From Actinospica sp. (GTDB lineage Bacteria > Actinomycetota > Actinomycetes > Streptomycetales > Catenulisporaceae): a DNA stretch of 24,000 bases. Position numbers and translations under genes: made by a program. The notes under the pieces were generated by a model. It did no database searches. It was not told the origin of the DNA and saw only the letters and a list, made by a program, of their open reading frames with translations. The stretch covers positions 102,163 to 126,162 of the forward strand of contig DATJIF010000029.1 of NCBI GenBank assembly GCA_035493475.1, given 5' to 3'. This document shows positions 1 to 8,959 of this stretch, one piece after another; position 1 is the first letter of the stretch, and every line of letters starts with the position of its first letter.

Positions 1-109
1 GAGACGGAGGCGTTGGTCTCGCTGAGCTTGGCATGGCGGTGATCATGGCCACGCGGCTCACGGGAAACCACGGCCTGCGTAGCATGCAGTTAGAGTCGCT
101 GGTGTTAAA

Positions 110-1513
110 TTGGGCGTGTCAGATCGGCGGCATGTGCACAATGTGCGGATGGACTTGTTTGATCTCGATGCGGAGCCTGAGGAAGTGCTCGCTCATCCGA
201 GACAGCAGGCGGCGTTGGTGCGGATCGCGGTTTTGATCGGTCAGCTGCGCGCGTGCTCGAACATCGAGGACGGGTATGCCTTTCAGCAAGATCTTCTGGG
301 CTGCATCCTCGAAGTCGAGCGAGACTTCAACGGGCTGAGTAGGGCCGTTAAGCGGATGGCCGCCGGAAAACGGCCACAGCAGGATGCCCCTGAACCACAA
401 TCGGACCGAGACCGGGCTGACCTCGCCACGTGGCGGCTGGAGCGAGACATTTGCCAGCGGGTTGCCCGGCAGTACCGATGTGTCGGTGATGCGCTGGCGT
501 GGCGAGTCTTCGGGTTCGAGCGGCAGCACATCCTGGCGTTGTCCAGGAGCCAGGACTCGGGTGTGATGGCGGACAAGCTTGGGCTGCAGCGCGAGATCGA
601 AGCTGCCGACGAGGCGTATCGAGATGGGCGGTTCGCGCTTCTGCACGATTTGACCAACTGCCTCCGCATCGGCGACATCACCTACTTCAACGAGGACGGG
701 CCACTCACACGCGAGCTCAAGACCAACGAGATGAAAGAGGAGCGCAACACTCCGCAGACTCGTCGTGTGAAGGCCGCACGGCGTGCGATCGGCGGTAGGG
801 CGCCGCTTCCTGGAGACAACCCGTGTGAGCGCCTGTACGACCTGCGTATCCCGTTCAAGGCGCATTTGGGGGTACTCGCCGATGGCCTCGATCGCGCGGT
901 CACGCAGGGGATCTTCACTGCTTGTGTTCCCGGTGATCGGACCCTCCTGGTCATGGACCTCGGCGGCGTCCAAGCGAAGGGGTGGAGCGTGGACGACTTC
1001 CACGAACGACTGCGCAGGAAAATGGCGGCTGTCCGGCGGCGAGCGCACTTTTCCGTGGGCGACGAGTGGATCATCAACGCCACCAGCCTCGATAGCGTAT
1101 CGCGTGACCCGCTGCGGGTGCCGTTCGCGGCCTACCCGTTCCATCCCGCGCTTTGCACTCGCCTGATCGGAGACATCGCCAGCTTCGTCGTTGAGACCCC
1201 TGGGCCAGCACTGGCGCAGTCGCTGCGTGACGCCGGCCTCCATGCGGCGTGGACTCGGCCTGGAACAACTGCGGATCTGAAGCCTGGCGAGGTCGTCATG
1301 AAGATTACGTCGGTCAACCGAGTCCCGCATGGCCGTGGGATCATGGAAACCACGCGGACACTCGAGATGCGGCGCTCGGAACTTGAGCGCTACCTGATGG
1401 AGTTCATTGAGCAGGCTACGTGGATCGAAGGCATGAAATCGTTGATCGCCGAGCCACGCGCCCCGGGACGGCCGTGGCCGCATTACCGCGATGAGCACCG
1501 GGTATGGCGATAG
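110..1513 (+). CDS. hypothetical protein with PD-(D/E)xK-like nuclease motif
   Basis: 467-codon ORF with TTG at 110 directly after an in-frame TAA; the first ATG is at 149. Third codon positions are G/C-biased and the amino-acid composition is balanced. The equally long antisense ORF 119..1498 is Arg/Pro/Ser-rich and looks like a shadow ORF. The motif RIGD(189)ITYF-x11-RE(202)LK(204)T (nt 665-721) fits D...(D/E)xK. No family recognised by eye. Confidence 0.6.
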   Translation: MGVSDRRHVHNVRMDLFDLDAEPEEVLAHPRQQAALVRIAVLIGQLRACSNIEDGYAFQQDLLGCILEVERDFNGLSRAVKRMAAGKRPQQDAPEPQSDRDRADLATWRLERDICQRVARQYRCVGDALAWRVFGFERQHILALSRSQDSGVMADKLGLQREIEAADEAYRDGRFALLHDLTNCLRIGDITYFNEDGPLTRELKTNEMKEERNTPQTRRVKAARRAIGGRAPLPGDNPCERLYDLRIPFKAHLGVLADGLDRAVTQGIFTACVPGDRTLLVMDLGGVQAKGWSVDDFHERLRRKMAAVRRRAHFSVGDEWIINATSLDSVSRDPLRVPFAAYPFHPALCTRLIGDIASFVVETPGPALAQSLRDAGLHAAWTRPGTTADLKPGEVVMKITSVNRVPHGRGIMETTRTLEMRRSELERYLMEFIEQATWIEGMKSLIAEPRAPGRPWPHYRDEHRVWR

Positions 1514-1561
1514 GTCGAACCCGTTGGGAGAGCGGACGGTTTCGCTGGAGCAGGGGCTGCG

Positions 1562-4342
1562 TCACAGCCAGCCGAGCTGCTTGAGGTCGATGCTCAGCCA
1601 TTTGTAGGCCAGATTGGTTGCGGGTGAGTGGTCGTAGACATCGAGCGCGCCGGTCTGAGCGCCTCCGGCGGCCGCGAATGCCGCTGCAGTGACGCCGCGC
1701 GGGATCAGCCGAGTGAGGTTTCGTGCACGCGGTACCGAGGAGTGGCTCTCGTGCCACTCGTGTTCGGCGACTTGGCGGATCGTCACGTGCGGCGTGGCGA
1801 TGACTGAGCCGGGGGTGAGCGGCTGATCTGTGTCGAGATTATGGTCGGGGTCGAGCGCGCTGAATGTGTAGTCGAGAAGTGGTGAGCCCTGGAAGCCGGA
1901 CTTGTCGCTGGTGATGAGCGTTCCCTCGACCTTGGGCTGGCCCAGTGCGGCAAGGCTGAGCGTGCGTCCGATCCGGGGGAAGTGGTCGGCGACGAGCTGG
2001 CCGTAGCCGAGCAGGGCCTCGCGCCAGACCGATTCAGTCAGCTCGCGCAACCGCTCAGGTGAGTAGGCGTGCCAGACCCAACCCCGATCCCGATAGCCGG
2101 GTGGATTGTCTGGTGCGGGAGCGGGTCTGCGCAGTAGTTCTCCGCGACCGACGAGTTGTTCGCAGCGGCTCGCGAGGTGGTGGAGTTCGTTCAGGCGACT
2201 GGTCGTTCCGTCGGTTGACCTCATTGCGATGAAGTTGCCGTCGATGCTGGCTTCCGCGATCTCGATTGCCCTGAGGACCACGGCGGGATCGATTGGCTGG
2301 TGGTTGGTGTTGCCCTGCCCGACCACGAGGCATGCCAGGTGCCAGTCTCGTTCCGCAGCGAGATGACTGCCCGGGCGTACGAGAAGGGAACGCCGCTCGA
2401 TCAGAGGTTTGAGTTGCATGACAATGTGCTCTGCGGTCCACTGCCATTGCCAGTTGGCGCGGGACGCGACGTGAGCAGTACTGCGGGACGGCCCCCAACC
2501 AGGTCTTCCGATCAAGGGTCGGATCGCCTCCAGTTCCGGAGGCGCGTGCGAAGGGTTCAGGCAGAAAACCTCCGGCAGTTGGCTACCCGCAGCAGCCCAG
2601 CACGCTTCGAACGTCCCGTCCACTGAGAGCCCCACGCCGAGGGAGCGAAGCGTCCCGTCAGGAGCGTCGAAGAGAAGAAAGTGGCGCAGTTCCCGCAGCC
2701 CGTTGAGCCACGCGCTCATTGCGTTTCGCACGGCGCGCCCGGCACTTAGCGTCGCCTGCGCGGAGGCAGGTGCGTGGGGTTGAGGCGTCGAGTCTTGTAC
2801 CTGCGTTCCAGAACCCTCACGGACCCGGTAACCGGAGACCGTCAGTGCTTCGCGAACCAGCCAGCTGGCGAGTCCGGGGTGGGCGCGCGCCATAGGGTCG
2901 AGCAACTGGTCGGCGGCTATCTCCGGATTCGTGGCAAGCGCGACCGCGATCGGGTAGCGCCAGGTTACCGCAGCTGAGAGGTCACTGACGATGTCGTCGA
3001 TGGGTACTTCACGGTGAGTGAGCGCCTCAGCGGCGAATACCTGCTCAAGGATTGCGAGTGGGAAGCGTAATTCGCCATATTGGCCTTCAGCGAGGATGCG
3101 GGAGGCTACCAGGTCTCCGCCAAATGCGATGTCGCTCGCGCGAATCTGGACGCCATTGGTTGCCGCGATGGCGATGCGCCGCAGCGTTGCGCGGACCTGT
3201 TCCCGCACCACTACTACCCCTGTGCGCCCGGCAACTGCCTCAAGGGCGCGTTCCGCGAGCCTGTGTAGGAGCGAAGGTCGGTCCGCGAGGTCGGAAAGGG
3301 AGGCGGCCTCCGCGCCGATCAGGACCGCTAGCAGTGGAGTGCGCGCCGCCTCGGCTAGTTCGGGAGTGAGCCTGTGGGCCATCTGCCATTCGGGGATCTG
3401 CGCGATGGAGGAGGCGATTTCGATGCCGCGTTCGAGAGTCAGTTCCGTGATCGGAACGATCTCACTGGTGGGTACCGGGTAGCCCGGTCGGATCGTCGCC
3501 ACGACGCGGACGTTTCCAGCCGACTCAGCGAAGACGGCTGCCTCATCGAGGAGTTCGCGTACGCGGCGCAGGTCGTTGATCGCGTCCAGTTCGTCGAGTA
3601 CGAGATCGCAGCCGAGCGAAAGAAGGTGTTCCTCACCACCGCACGCTTGCGCAACCATTTCAGGGAGCCCCCGCTGGGTTGCGCGTGCGGGCATCCATAC
3701 CGGCACGGGCCCCGCACCACCGGCGTACGTGTCGATCGACGAACGGTGCCAGATCTCGGCGATCTCGCTCTTACCCGTGCCAAGTTCCCCGACTAAGACG
3801 AGGATCCGGCCGGGCTCAAGCGTGATCAACGGGCTCGGAAGCTCAGTGGCCGACAGCGCGTCCAGAGCACGTAGCAGCATCGTGTCGTCGTCGACGATGT
3901 TACGGAGCCTCCGACGCGTGCGAGTCTCGGAGATCCGCCGGAGACTGTCAGCATCAGCCGGAACGCCGCGGGATGCCAACCAGCGCGGCATCTGTGTCTG
4001 ATCCCGAAGGACCCGCGCCTGCGCGTCACGTTTCCACCGGTGTAGGAGATCGACAACGAACCGCTGCTCGTCAGCGTCGATCAGCTTGCTGCAGGTCTGG
4101 CACAACCAAATGCCATTGGCCTGCGCAGCTCGCTCTTCTGCCGATAGCGACTTGTCATAGCGAGGGCCACCTTCGGCCGCGGCGGTGATGTGCGCCGCCA
4201 CACCGATATTGACAGCCTTCTCCGGGTCTTGAGCAGGGCCCGAAGTGGGCTTTTGGCAGACCGGATTGCTGCACCGATGACCCACGCGCCGCGCGAGCAT
4301 GGTTTTCACGAGCGCGGAGAAGTCATCGCGCGGGTTTGACAC
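1562..4342 (-). CDS. HNH nuclease fused to P-loop STAND/NACHT-like NTPase with long helical C-terminal region (Avs-like single-gene defence candidate)
   Basis: 926-codon ORF with GTG start at 4342. The N-terminus has HRCSNPVC...AAHI...NGIWLCQTC, a Cys4 HNH-type nuclease signature (nt 4058-4282). Walker A is GELGTGKS (nt 3767-3790), Walker B is DLVLDELD, followed by VVATIRP (sensor-1-like). About 600 aa of alpha-helical-looking sequence follow. Confidence 0.85.
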   Translation of the reverse strand: MSNPRDDFSALVKTMLARRVGHRCSNPVCQKPTSGPAQDPEKAVNIGVAAHITAAAEGGPRYDKSLSAEERAAQANGIWLCQTCSKLIDADEQRFVVDLLHRWKRDAQARVLRDQTQMPRWLASRGVPADADSLRRISETRTRRRLRNIVDDDTMLLRALDALSATELPSPLITLEPGRILVLVGELGTGKSEIAEIWHRSSIDTYAGGAGPVPVWMPARATQRGLPEMVAQACGGEEHLLSLGCDLVLDELDAINDLRRVRELLDEAAVFAESAGNVRVVATIRPGYPVPTSEIVPITELTLERGIEIASSIAQIPEWQMAHRLTPELAEAARTPLLAVLIGAEAASLSDLADRPSLLHRLAERALEAVAGRTGVVVVREQVRATLRRIAIAATNGVQIRASDIAFGGDLVASRILAEGQYGELRFPLAILEQVFAAEALTHREVPIDDIVSDLSAAVTWRYPIAVALATNPEIAADQLLDPMARAHPGLASWLVREALTVSGYRVREGSGTQVQDSTPQPHAPASAQATLSAGRAVRNAMSAWLNGLRELRHFLLFDAPDGTLRSLGVGLSVDGTFEACWAAAGSQLPEVFCLNPSHAPPELEAIRPLIGRPGWGPSRSTAHVASRANWQWQWTAEHIVMQLKPLIERRSLLVRPGSHLAAERDWHLACLVVGQGNTNHQPIDPAVVLRAIEIAEASIDGNFIAMRSTDGTTSRLNELHHLASRCEQLVGRGELLRRPAPAPDNPPGYRDRGWVWHAYSPERLRELTESVWREALLGYGQLVADHFPRIGRTLSLAALGQPKVEGTLITSDKSGFQGSPLLDYTFSALDPDHNLDTDQPLTPGSVIATPHVTIRQVAEHEWHESHSSVPRARNLTRLIPRGVTAAAFAAAGGAQTGALDVYDHSPATNLAYKWLSIDLKQLGWL

Positions 4343-4506
4343 GACTCCCAGAGTAGCCGTGGGCGAGGAGATGGGAGTAGAGGAGTTTGAGAGCCCTGGC
4401 CGTGATTGTGTGATAGTTGGCCGCTCTGAGCCTTTTGCGGGAGGGGACCGGTCCGGCCGAGGGAGCGCGCCCGGCGCCCAGCCCGCGGGAGATCACGTCC
4501 TAGATC
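4343..4506. promoter_or_regulatory. divergent intergenic region between the HNH-STAND gene and the Rhs fragment
   Basis: 164-bp non-coding gap between two divergently oriented starts. No promoter boxes could be confidently assigned by eye. Confidence 0.3.
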
Positions 4507-7494
4507 ATGCGCCCACGTGGCGGACTGAGCCGGGAGGAAGCCGATCGTCTCGACCAGGTCCGCGGACACACGGACCCGGACAACGAGACCTGGACCAGCG
4601 TTTACGACCTGCGCGGCCGCGTCACCGAGAAGGAAGACCCCACCGCCGGCAACTCGTTCATGGCCTACGACCCGAACGGCAACCTCGTCCAGTCCGAGGA
4701 CTCCCGCAGCAAGTACATCTCCTACGTCTACGACAAGCTCGGCCGAACAACCGCCGAATACGCCGCCCAAAACGTGGCCGCCGATCAGACCGCAGGGCCG
4801 AGCGGCACTCAGATGTACCAGTGGTACTACGACAACAGCAACCATGCCATCTCCGGGATGACCAATCCGATCGGACAACTGACCACCCAGACCACGTACG
4901 CGAACGGCGCCACCTACACCGAGCAGACAGCCGGGTTCAACATCTTCGGCGAATCTCTCGGCGAAGAGATCATCATCCCGTCCACTGTCACTGGGCTCGC
5001 CGGCACCTACACGATCACGCACACCTACACCACGTACACGGGCCTGCCGTTCAAGGACACCTACTCCAGCTTCGGCGGCATCAACAGCGAAACCACCGAG
5101 CACAGCTACAGCGGACTGTTTGACAGTCCCAGCGAGCTGGCCGACGCGAACTATGGCTACGCCCAGTACGTCGACTACGACGCGTACAGCCGCCCCACTC
5201 AGGAGCAGATCGGCGGATCCACCGGCACCGCCGAGATCACCAACACCTACGACGTACACACCGGAAGCCTGCACGAGCAGAACATCTCGCGCCAGACCGC
5301 CACCCCCACCGCCGTCGACGACACCGTTTACACCGACGACCCGTCCGGCAACATCACCCAGCAGACTGAGACCCGCCTCGGGTCCTCCAGCGACACCGAA
5401 ACCCAGTGCTACCAGTACAACGGTCTCGACCAACTCAACCAGGCCTGGTCCGCCACCGCCGCCTGCACCACGGCACCGACCGCGAGCAACGTCGCCAACA
5501 CCCTCGGCACGGGCAGCGCCTACTGGGACTCCTGGACCTTCAACAACGAAGGCGACCGTACCGGCCAGACCCAATACGCCATCGGCACCGCGACCACCAA
5601 CACCACCACTACCTACACCTACAGCAGCAGCCAACCCCACACCCTGGCCAGTACAAGCACCACCGGCGGGACCACCGCCAACACCAGCTACGGATACGAC
5701 ACTGCCGGCAACACCACCGGCCGCACCACCCCGACCGACGGCACCCAAACCCTGAACTGGAACAACGCCGAACAACTCGCCTCTGTCAACACCACCACGG
5801 CAGGCACGGCCAACACCGCCGGAACCAGCAGCTACGTCTACGACCCCTCCGGCAAACTGCTCCTGCAAATCACCCCGACCGCCACCACTGTCTACTTCGA
5901 AAACGAACAAGCCACCCACAGCACCAGCAACGGCGCAGTCACCGGCATCCGCTACCTCGCACTCCCTGGTGGCGGCACGGCCGTGCGCACCGGCAACACC
6001 ACCAACTACACCTTCGAGATCACCGACCAGCACGGCACCGCCGACCTCGACCTCGACTACACCTGCCAAACCCCCACCTGGCGCCAATACGACCCTTACG
6101 GCAATTCTCGCGGCGCTACCGCCACCTGGGTTGACAACCGGGGATTCCTCAACGATGTCAACGACACCAGCACCGGCATCACCGACATCGGAGCCCGTTG
6201 GTATGACGCCAGCCTCGGAAGGTTTGCAAGTCTCGATCCCGTCTTCGAAGCGTGGGACACCCTAGCTCTCGGCGGCTACACCTACACCGACGGCAACCCC
6301 GTTGGCGAAGCGGACCCGACGGGTCTTATGCTCCCCTATGGCAAGGCGGCCAGCGACGGGTGCACCACCCAGGCGCAATGCAATTCAGATGTCGTGCAGT
6401 ACAACAAAGAAGTCCTCAGGAACGCAATCACCGAAGCGGGCTGGGACGAGCAGACGGAATGGCACGCGCGAAAGATAGCTGCACAGTATCGCTGCGGCGG
6501 AATCAGCACCGATACCAACTGCGGAACACTGAGCTGGCAACAAGAGCACGAAATCCAGTACAAGTACACTCAGCAGCTCGAGTTACTTCAGAACGAACTC
6601 CTTAAAATCGACAACACCCTCTGGCCCGGGCTCGCCGGCTGCATAAACGGCAACCAGAACGGCGACTGCGTTCCAGCCGTAGCGACCGGCATCACGTTTG
6701 CCAGTGGCGCTGCGGAAGACGACGGCACGAACGCACCCGCCTGCGGAGGAGACAGCTTCACGGCCGACACGAAGGTCCTCACCTCTACGGGCAAGACAGT
6801 GCCGATCACCTCGCTCAAGGTCGGCGACAAGGTGATATCGGCCAACACCACGACCGGGAAGAACCAAGCTGAAACCGTGGACGCAGTCCTTGTCCACCAC
6901 GACACAAACCTCTACAACCTCACCGTCGAGACCGGCCACGGCATCGAAGTCATCCACGCGACCGCCAACCACCTCATCTGGGACCTCACCCAGCACGCCT
7001 GGATCCAAGCTAGCAAGATCCACAAGGGCGACCGGCTCCTCACGGAGAATGGCGCTACGGCAACAGTGGACGGCGGCAGCGCTCCCGCCGACCAAACCGG
7101 TTGGATGTGGGACCTCACCGTACACGACCTGCATGCGTTCTACGTGTTGGCGGGCAACACGCCGGTCCTCGTGCACAATGCCGGTGGTGCGGCCAACTGT
7201 CTTATCGGCCAGCAGGGTGAGGCGGCGTCTGGGATCACCAAGAACACGCGGACGATCATCATCAATGGGCGGCCGCGCATCCCAGATGAGCTCGATCCGG
7301 CTGCGGGTATCATTGGTGAGGTGAAGAACGTGAAGTATCAGTACCTCTCGACCCAGCTGAAGGACGACCTGTCGTATGCGCAAGCGAACGGCTTTCAGTT
7401 CAATCTATATGTGAATAGCGCGACTCAGCTCTCCAGCCCCCTTCAGTCCCTGGTTGACTCAGGGCAGATCAACCTCATCAGGAACATTCCATGA
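4507..7494 (+). CDS. Rhs/YD-repeat polymorphic toxin, N-terminally truncated (Rhs core + PT-HINT + REase-fold toxin)
   Basis: 995 aa. YD repeats occur throughout (YDLRGRVTEKED, YDPNGNLVQSED, YVYDKLGR, YGYDTAGN, YVYDPSGKLL). The Rhs core end is DPYGNSRG...GARWYDASLGRFASLDPV...DPTGLM (nt 6313-6330). An in-frame TAG sits two codons upstream of the ATG (4501-4503). No signal or secretion domain is present. Confidence 0.9.
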   Translation: MRPRGGLSREEADRLDQVRGHTDPDNETWTSVYDLRGRVTEKEDPTAGNSFMAYDPNGNLVQSEDSRSKYISYVYDKLGRTTAEYAAQNVAADQTAGPSGTQMYQWYYDNSNHAISGMTNPIGQLTTQTTYANGATYTEQTAGFNIFGESLGEEIIIPSTVTGLAGTYTITHTYTTYTGLPFKDTYSSFGGINSETTEHSYSGLFDSPSELADANYGYAQYVDYDAYSRPTQEQIGGSTGTAEITNTYDVHTGSLHEQNISRQTATPTAVDDTVYTDDPSGNITQQTETRLGSSSDTETQCYQYNGLDQLNQAWSATAACTTAPTASNVANTLGTGSAYWDSWTFNNEGDRTGQTQYAIGTATTNTTTTYTYSSSQPHTLASTSTTGGTTANTSYGYDTAGNTTGRTTPTDGTQTLNWNNAEQLASVNTTTAGTANTAGTSSYVYDPSGKLLLQITPTATTVYFENEQATHSTSNGAVTGIRYLALPGGGTAVRTGNTTNYTFEITDQHGTADLDLDYTCQTPTWRQYDPYGNSRGATATWVDNRGFLNDVNDTSTGITDIGARWYDASLGRFASLDPVFEAWDTLALGGYTYTDGNPVGEADPTGLMLPYGKAASDGCTTQAQCNSDVVQYNKEVLRNAITEAGWDEQTEWHARKIAAQYRCGGISTDTNCGTLSWQQEHEIQYKYTQQLELLQNELLKIDNTLWPGLAGCINGNQNGDCVPAVATGITFASGAAEDDGTNAPACGGDSFTADTKVLTSTGKTVPITSLKVGDKVISANTTTGKNQAETVDAVLVHHDTNLYNLTVETGHGIEVIHATANHLIWDLTQHAWIQASKIHKGDRLLTENGATATVDGGSAPADQTGWMWDLTVHDLHAFYVLAGNTPVLVHNAGGAANCLIGQQGEAASGITKNTRTIIINGRPRIPDELDPAAGIIGEVKNVKYQYLSTQLKDDLSYAQANGFQFNLYVNSATQLSSPLQSLVDSGQINLIRNIP
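6742..7179 (+). other. Hint (intein-like, pre-toxin HINT) domain inside the Rhs protein
   Basis: CGGDSFTADTKVLTSTGKTVPITSLKVGDKVIS ... HAFYVLAGNTPVLVHN. It has an N-terminal Cys and a C-terminal His-Asn, as in Hint/intein autoproteolytic modules that release polymorphic-toxin tips. Confidence 0.8.
7180..7491 (+). other. C-terminal toxin tip, restriction-endonuclease (PD-(D/E)xK) fold, Tox-REase-5-like
   Basis: 104 aa follow the VHN cleavage motif: GQQGEAASG...RPRIPDELDPAAGIIGEVKNVKYQYLSTQLKD...AQANGFQFNLYV. The PD...E-x-K arrangement and overall pattern resemble REase-fold polymorphic toxin domains. The family assignment is from memory only. Confidence 0.6.
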
Positions 7495-8237
7495 CGGGTG
7501 AGAATAGCTCTAGCGTGAATTCCGGGCGGTTGACGCACAAGCAAGCTGTCGAGAAGGCGCTAAGCGACCCAGTGGCGCGCGCGGCAATTGCGAGTGATCC
7601 GCGTGTGGCTCAACGGCGGCAACTCTATGCGGAGAGTGCGGCAGGATTGCTCGCTGAACTGGCCGACCTGGGCTTCCGTGTCGAGAGCGTCGGCGAGCTC
7701 GCCCGTCAACGCATGAAGTACGAGGCAGCGGTACCGGCTCTGCTCAGGTGGCTTCCTCGAGCGACGTATCTACCGCTGGCCGAGGATATTGTTCGGACGC
7801 TCTCTGTCACCTTCGCAAAGAAGCGGGCATTGCCAGAGTTCTTGAAGTTCTTCCGCTGCCCACCGGACGTGGAAGACCCGATGCGCCCAGCAACCTCAGA
7901 GCCAGCCAGCGAGCATCTCCGTTGGGTCGTCGGTAATGGGTTGGGTATATTTGCAGGGCCTTCAGTTGCTGACGAGCTCATTGAGCTCGCCCTCGACAAA
8001 TCGTTCGGTCAGGCACGAACGCAGATCGTCCTTGCCTTGCCGAAGACGAAAGATAGCAGGGTGGGCGATGTGCTGATTGAGCTTCTCGACGATCCCACTG
8101 TTTGTGCATTCGCCATTGAGGCGCTTGGAAAGACGAAGATCGTCGCAGCCGAAGGGTCGATCGAGAGACTTCTCGACCACCCGGATAAGAATATTAGAGA
8201 CCAAGCCAAGAGGGCTCTTAAACGTATCCGAAGCTGA
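7491..8237 (+). CDS. HEAT-repeat protein, probable cognate immunity protein of the Rhs toxin tip
   Basis: The ATG at 7491 overlaps the Rhs TGA (ATGA, 7491-7494). 248 aa. C-terminal HEAT/PBS-lyase-like repeats (DSRVGDVLIELLDDP, AIEALGKT, SIERLLDHPDKNIRDQAKRALKRI). It uses more A/T-ending codons than its neighbours. Confidence 0.75.
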   Translation: MTGENSSSVNSGRLTHKQAVEKALSDPVARAAIASDPRVAQRRQLYAESAAGLLAELADLGFRVESVGELARQRMKYEAAVPALLRWLPRATYLPLAEDIVRTLSVTFAKKRALPEFLKFFRCPPDVEDPMRPATSEPASEHLRWVVGNGLGIFAGPSVADELIELALDKSFGQARTQIVLALPKTKDSRVGDVLIELLDDPTVCAFAIEALGKTKIVAAEGSIERLLDHPDKNIRDQAKRALKRIRS

Positions 8238-8256
8238 GCCTGAATCAGCCGATTAA

Positions 8257-8888
8257 TTAGCGCTCTCGTGTGCGGCAAGCAGACCCGGTAACGTACGCTG
8301 GGCCGTCGTACAAGTTTTCGCAGTCGACGGGTGAGGGGTAGTCGACTCGCGAATGGCGCGAGGTCAGCGTGGCGACTGACACGCGTCGTCGGGAGCGGCC
8401 GCGCACGCGGATGGCCGGTGTGACTCCGCGCGGAGACCAGGTGCGGGAGGTGGGCGGCGTTATTGAGAACCCGACCTCGTCTTCGAAGACGAGCCAGAAA
8501 CCGAGCGCCGCCCGGGCTTTTCTGCATCTGGCCGGGTCTCCTTCCTTCAAGCCGCGACGGCCTCATCGTTGCGCTCAAGCCCGCGACGCGCCGGGACCTG
8601 GTGGGACCAGCCGTCCCGGTGCAGCAGCGCGGCCACGCCACGGGGGCATGTAGGACTTGTGGAACGGGCGGCGCGTCGTGTTCCGGGAGAGCGTCCAGTC
8701 TGGTCCGGCCAGCCGCGCGCGACCGGACCCTTGTCCGACTCCTGCTTGAGCATGGCGAACAATCCATCGCTCAGGATCGGGCGAGGGGCCGGCCTCTTCG
8801 AGAGCAGACCCGCCTCACTGCCCTGCGACCATGCCTTGCGCCAGCCCTGCACGGAGTGCGCCTGGGGGTCAGGGGGTCGCAGGTTCAA
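8257..8888 (-). pseudogene. IS630-family transposase remnant (both ends missing, frame-shifted)
   Basis: Two reading frames carry recognisable IS630-type segments. One has GWRKAW...GPVARGWPDQ and LLHRDGWSHQVPARRGLERNDEAVAA (frame of 8547..8888). The other has WLVFEDEVGFSITPPTSRTWSPRGVTPAIRVRGRSRRRVSVA (frame of 8257..8550). The N-terminal HTH (about 40 aa) and most of the DDE domain are absent, and an internal stretch is out of frame. Confidence 0.75.
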
Positions 8889-8903
8889 ATCCTGTCAGCC
8901 CGA
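8868..8903 (+). other. tRNA 3'-end remnant (T-arm + acceptor 3' strand), probable att-site core
   Basis: GCAGG-TTCAAAT-CCTGT (8879-8895) is a canonical T-stem/loop, followed by a 7-nt acceptor strand CAGCCCG and discriminator A. No matching 5' acceptor strand (CGGGCTG), D-arm or anticodon arm lies upstream, so this is not a complete tRNA. It lies 57 bp from the integrase stop. Confidence 0.5.
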
Positions 8904-8959
8904 CAGTGAAGTAGCAGGTCAGAGGCCGTTTCCGCCGGAAGGTGGGGCGGCCTTTCTGC

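Noticed and set aside
1-109. Possible gene ends at the left edge: a plus-frame ORF stopping at 40-42, and a minus-strand ATG near 47 reading out of the window.
   Set aside because: There is too little sequence to support either.
119-1498. 459-aa ORF antisense to the first gene.
   Set aside because: It is Arg/Pro/Ser-rich with no motifs, and its codon third-position bias is worse than the plus-strand frame. This is a typical high-GC shadow ORF.
4306-6087. 593-aa Gly/Val/Ala-rich ORF antisense to the Rhs gene, and the 211-274-aa plus-strand ORFs in other frames (4299..5123, 5120..5755, 5406..6134).
   Set aside because: These are low-complexity products generated by the Thr/Tyr/Gly-rich Rhs coding sequence. 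The Rhs frame has unmistakable YD-repeat and core motifs.
8815-8904. Attempt to call a complete class II (long variable arm) tRNA ending at 8903.
   Set aside because: Only the T-arm and 3' acceptor strand are present. No complementary 5' acceptor strand, D-arm or anticodon loop could be found, and the upstream sequence is homologous to IS630 transposase instead.
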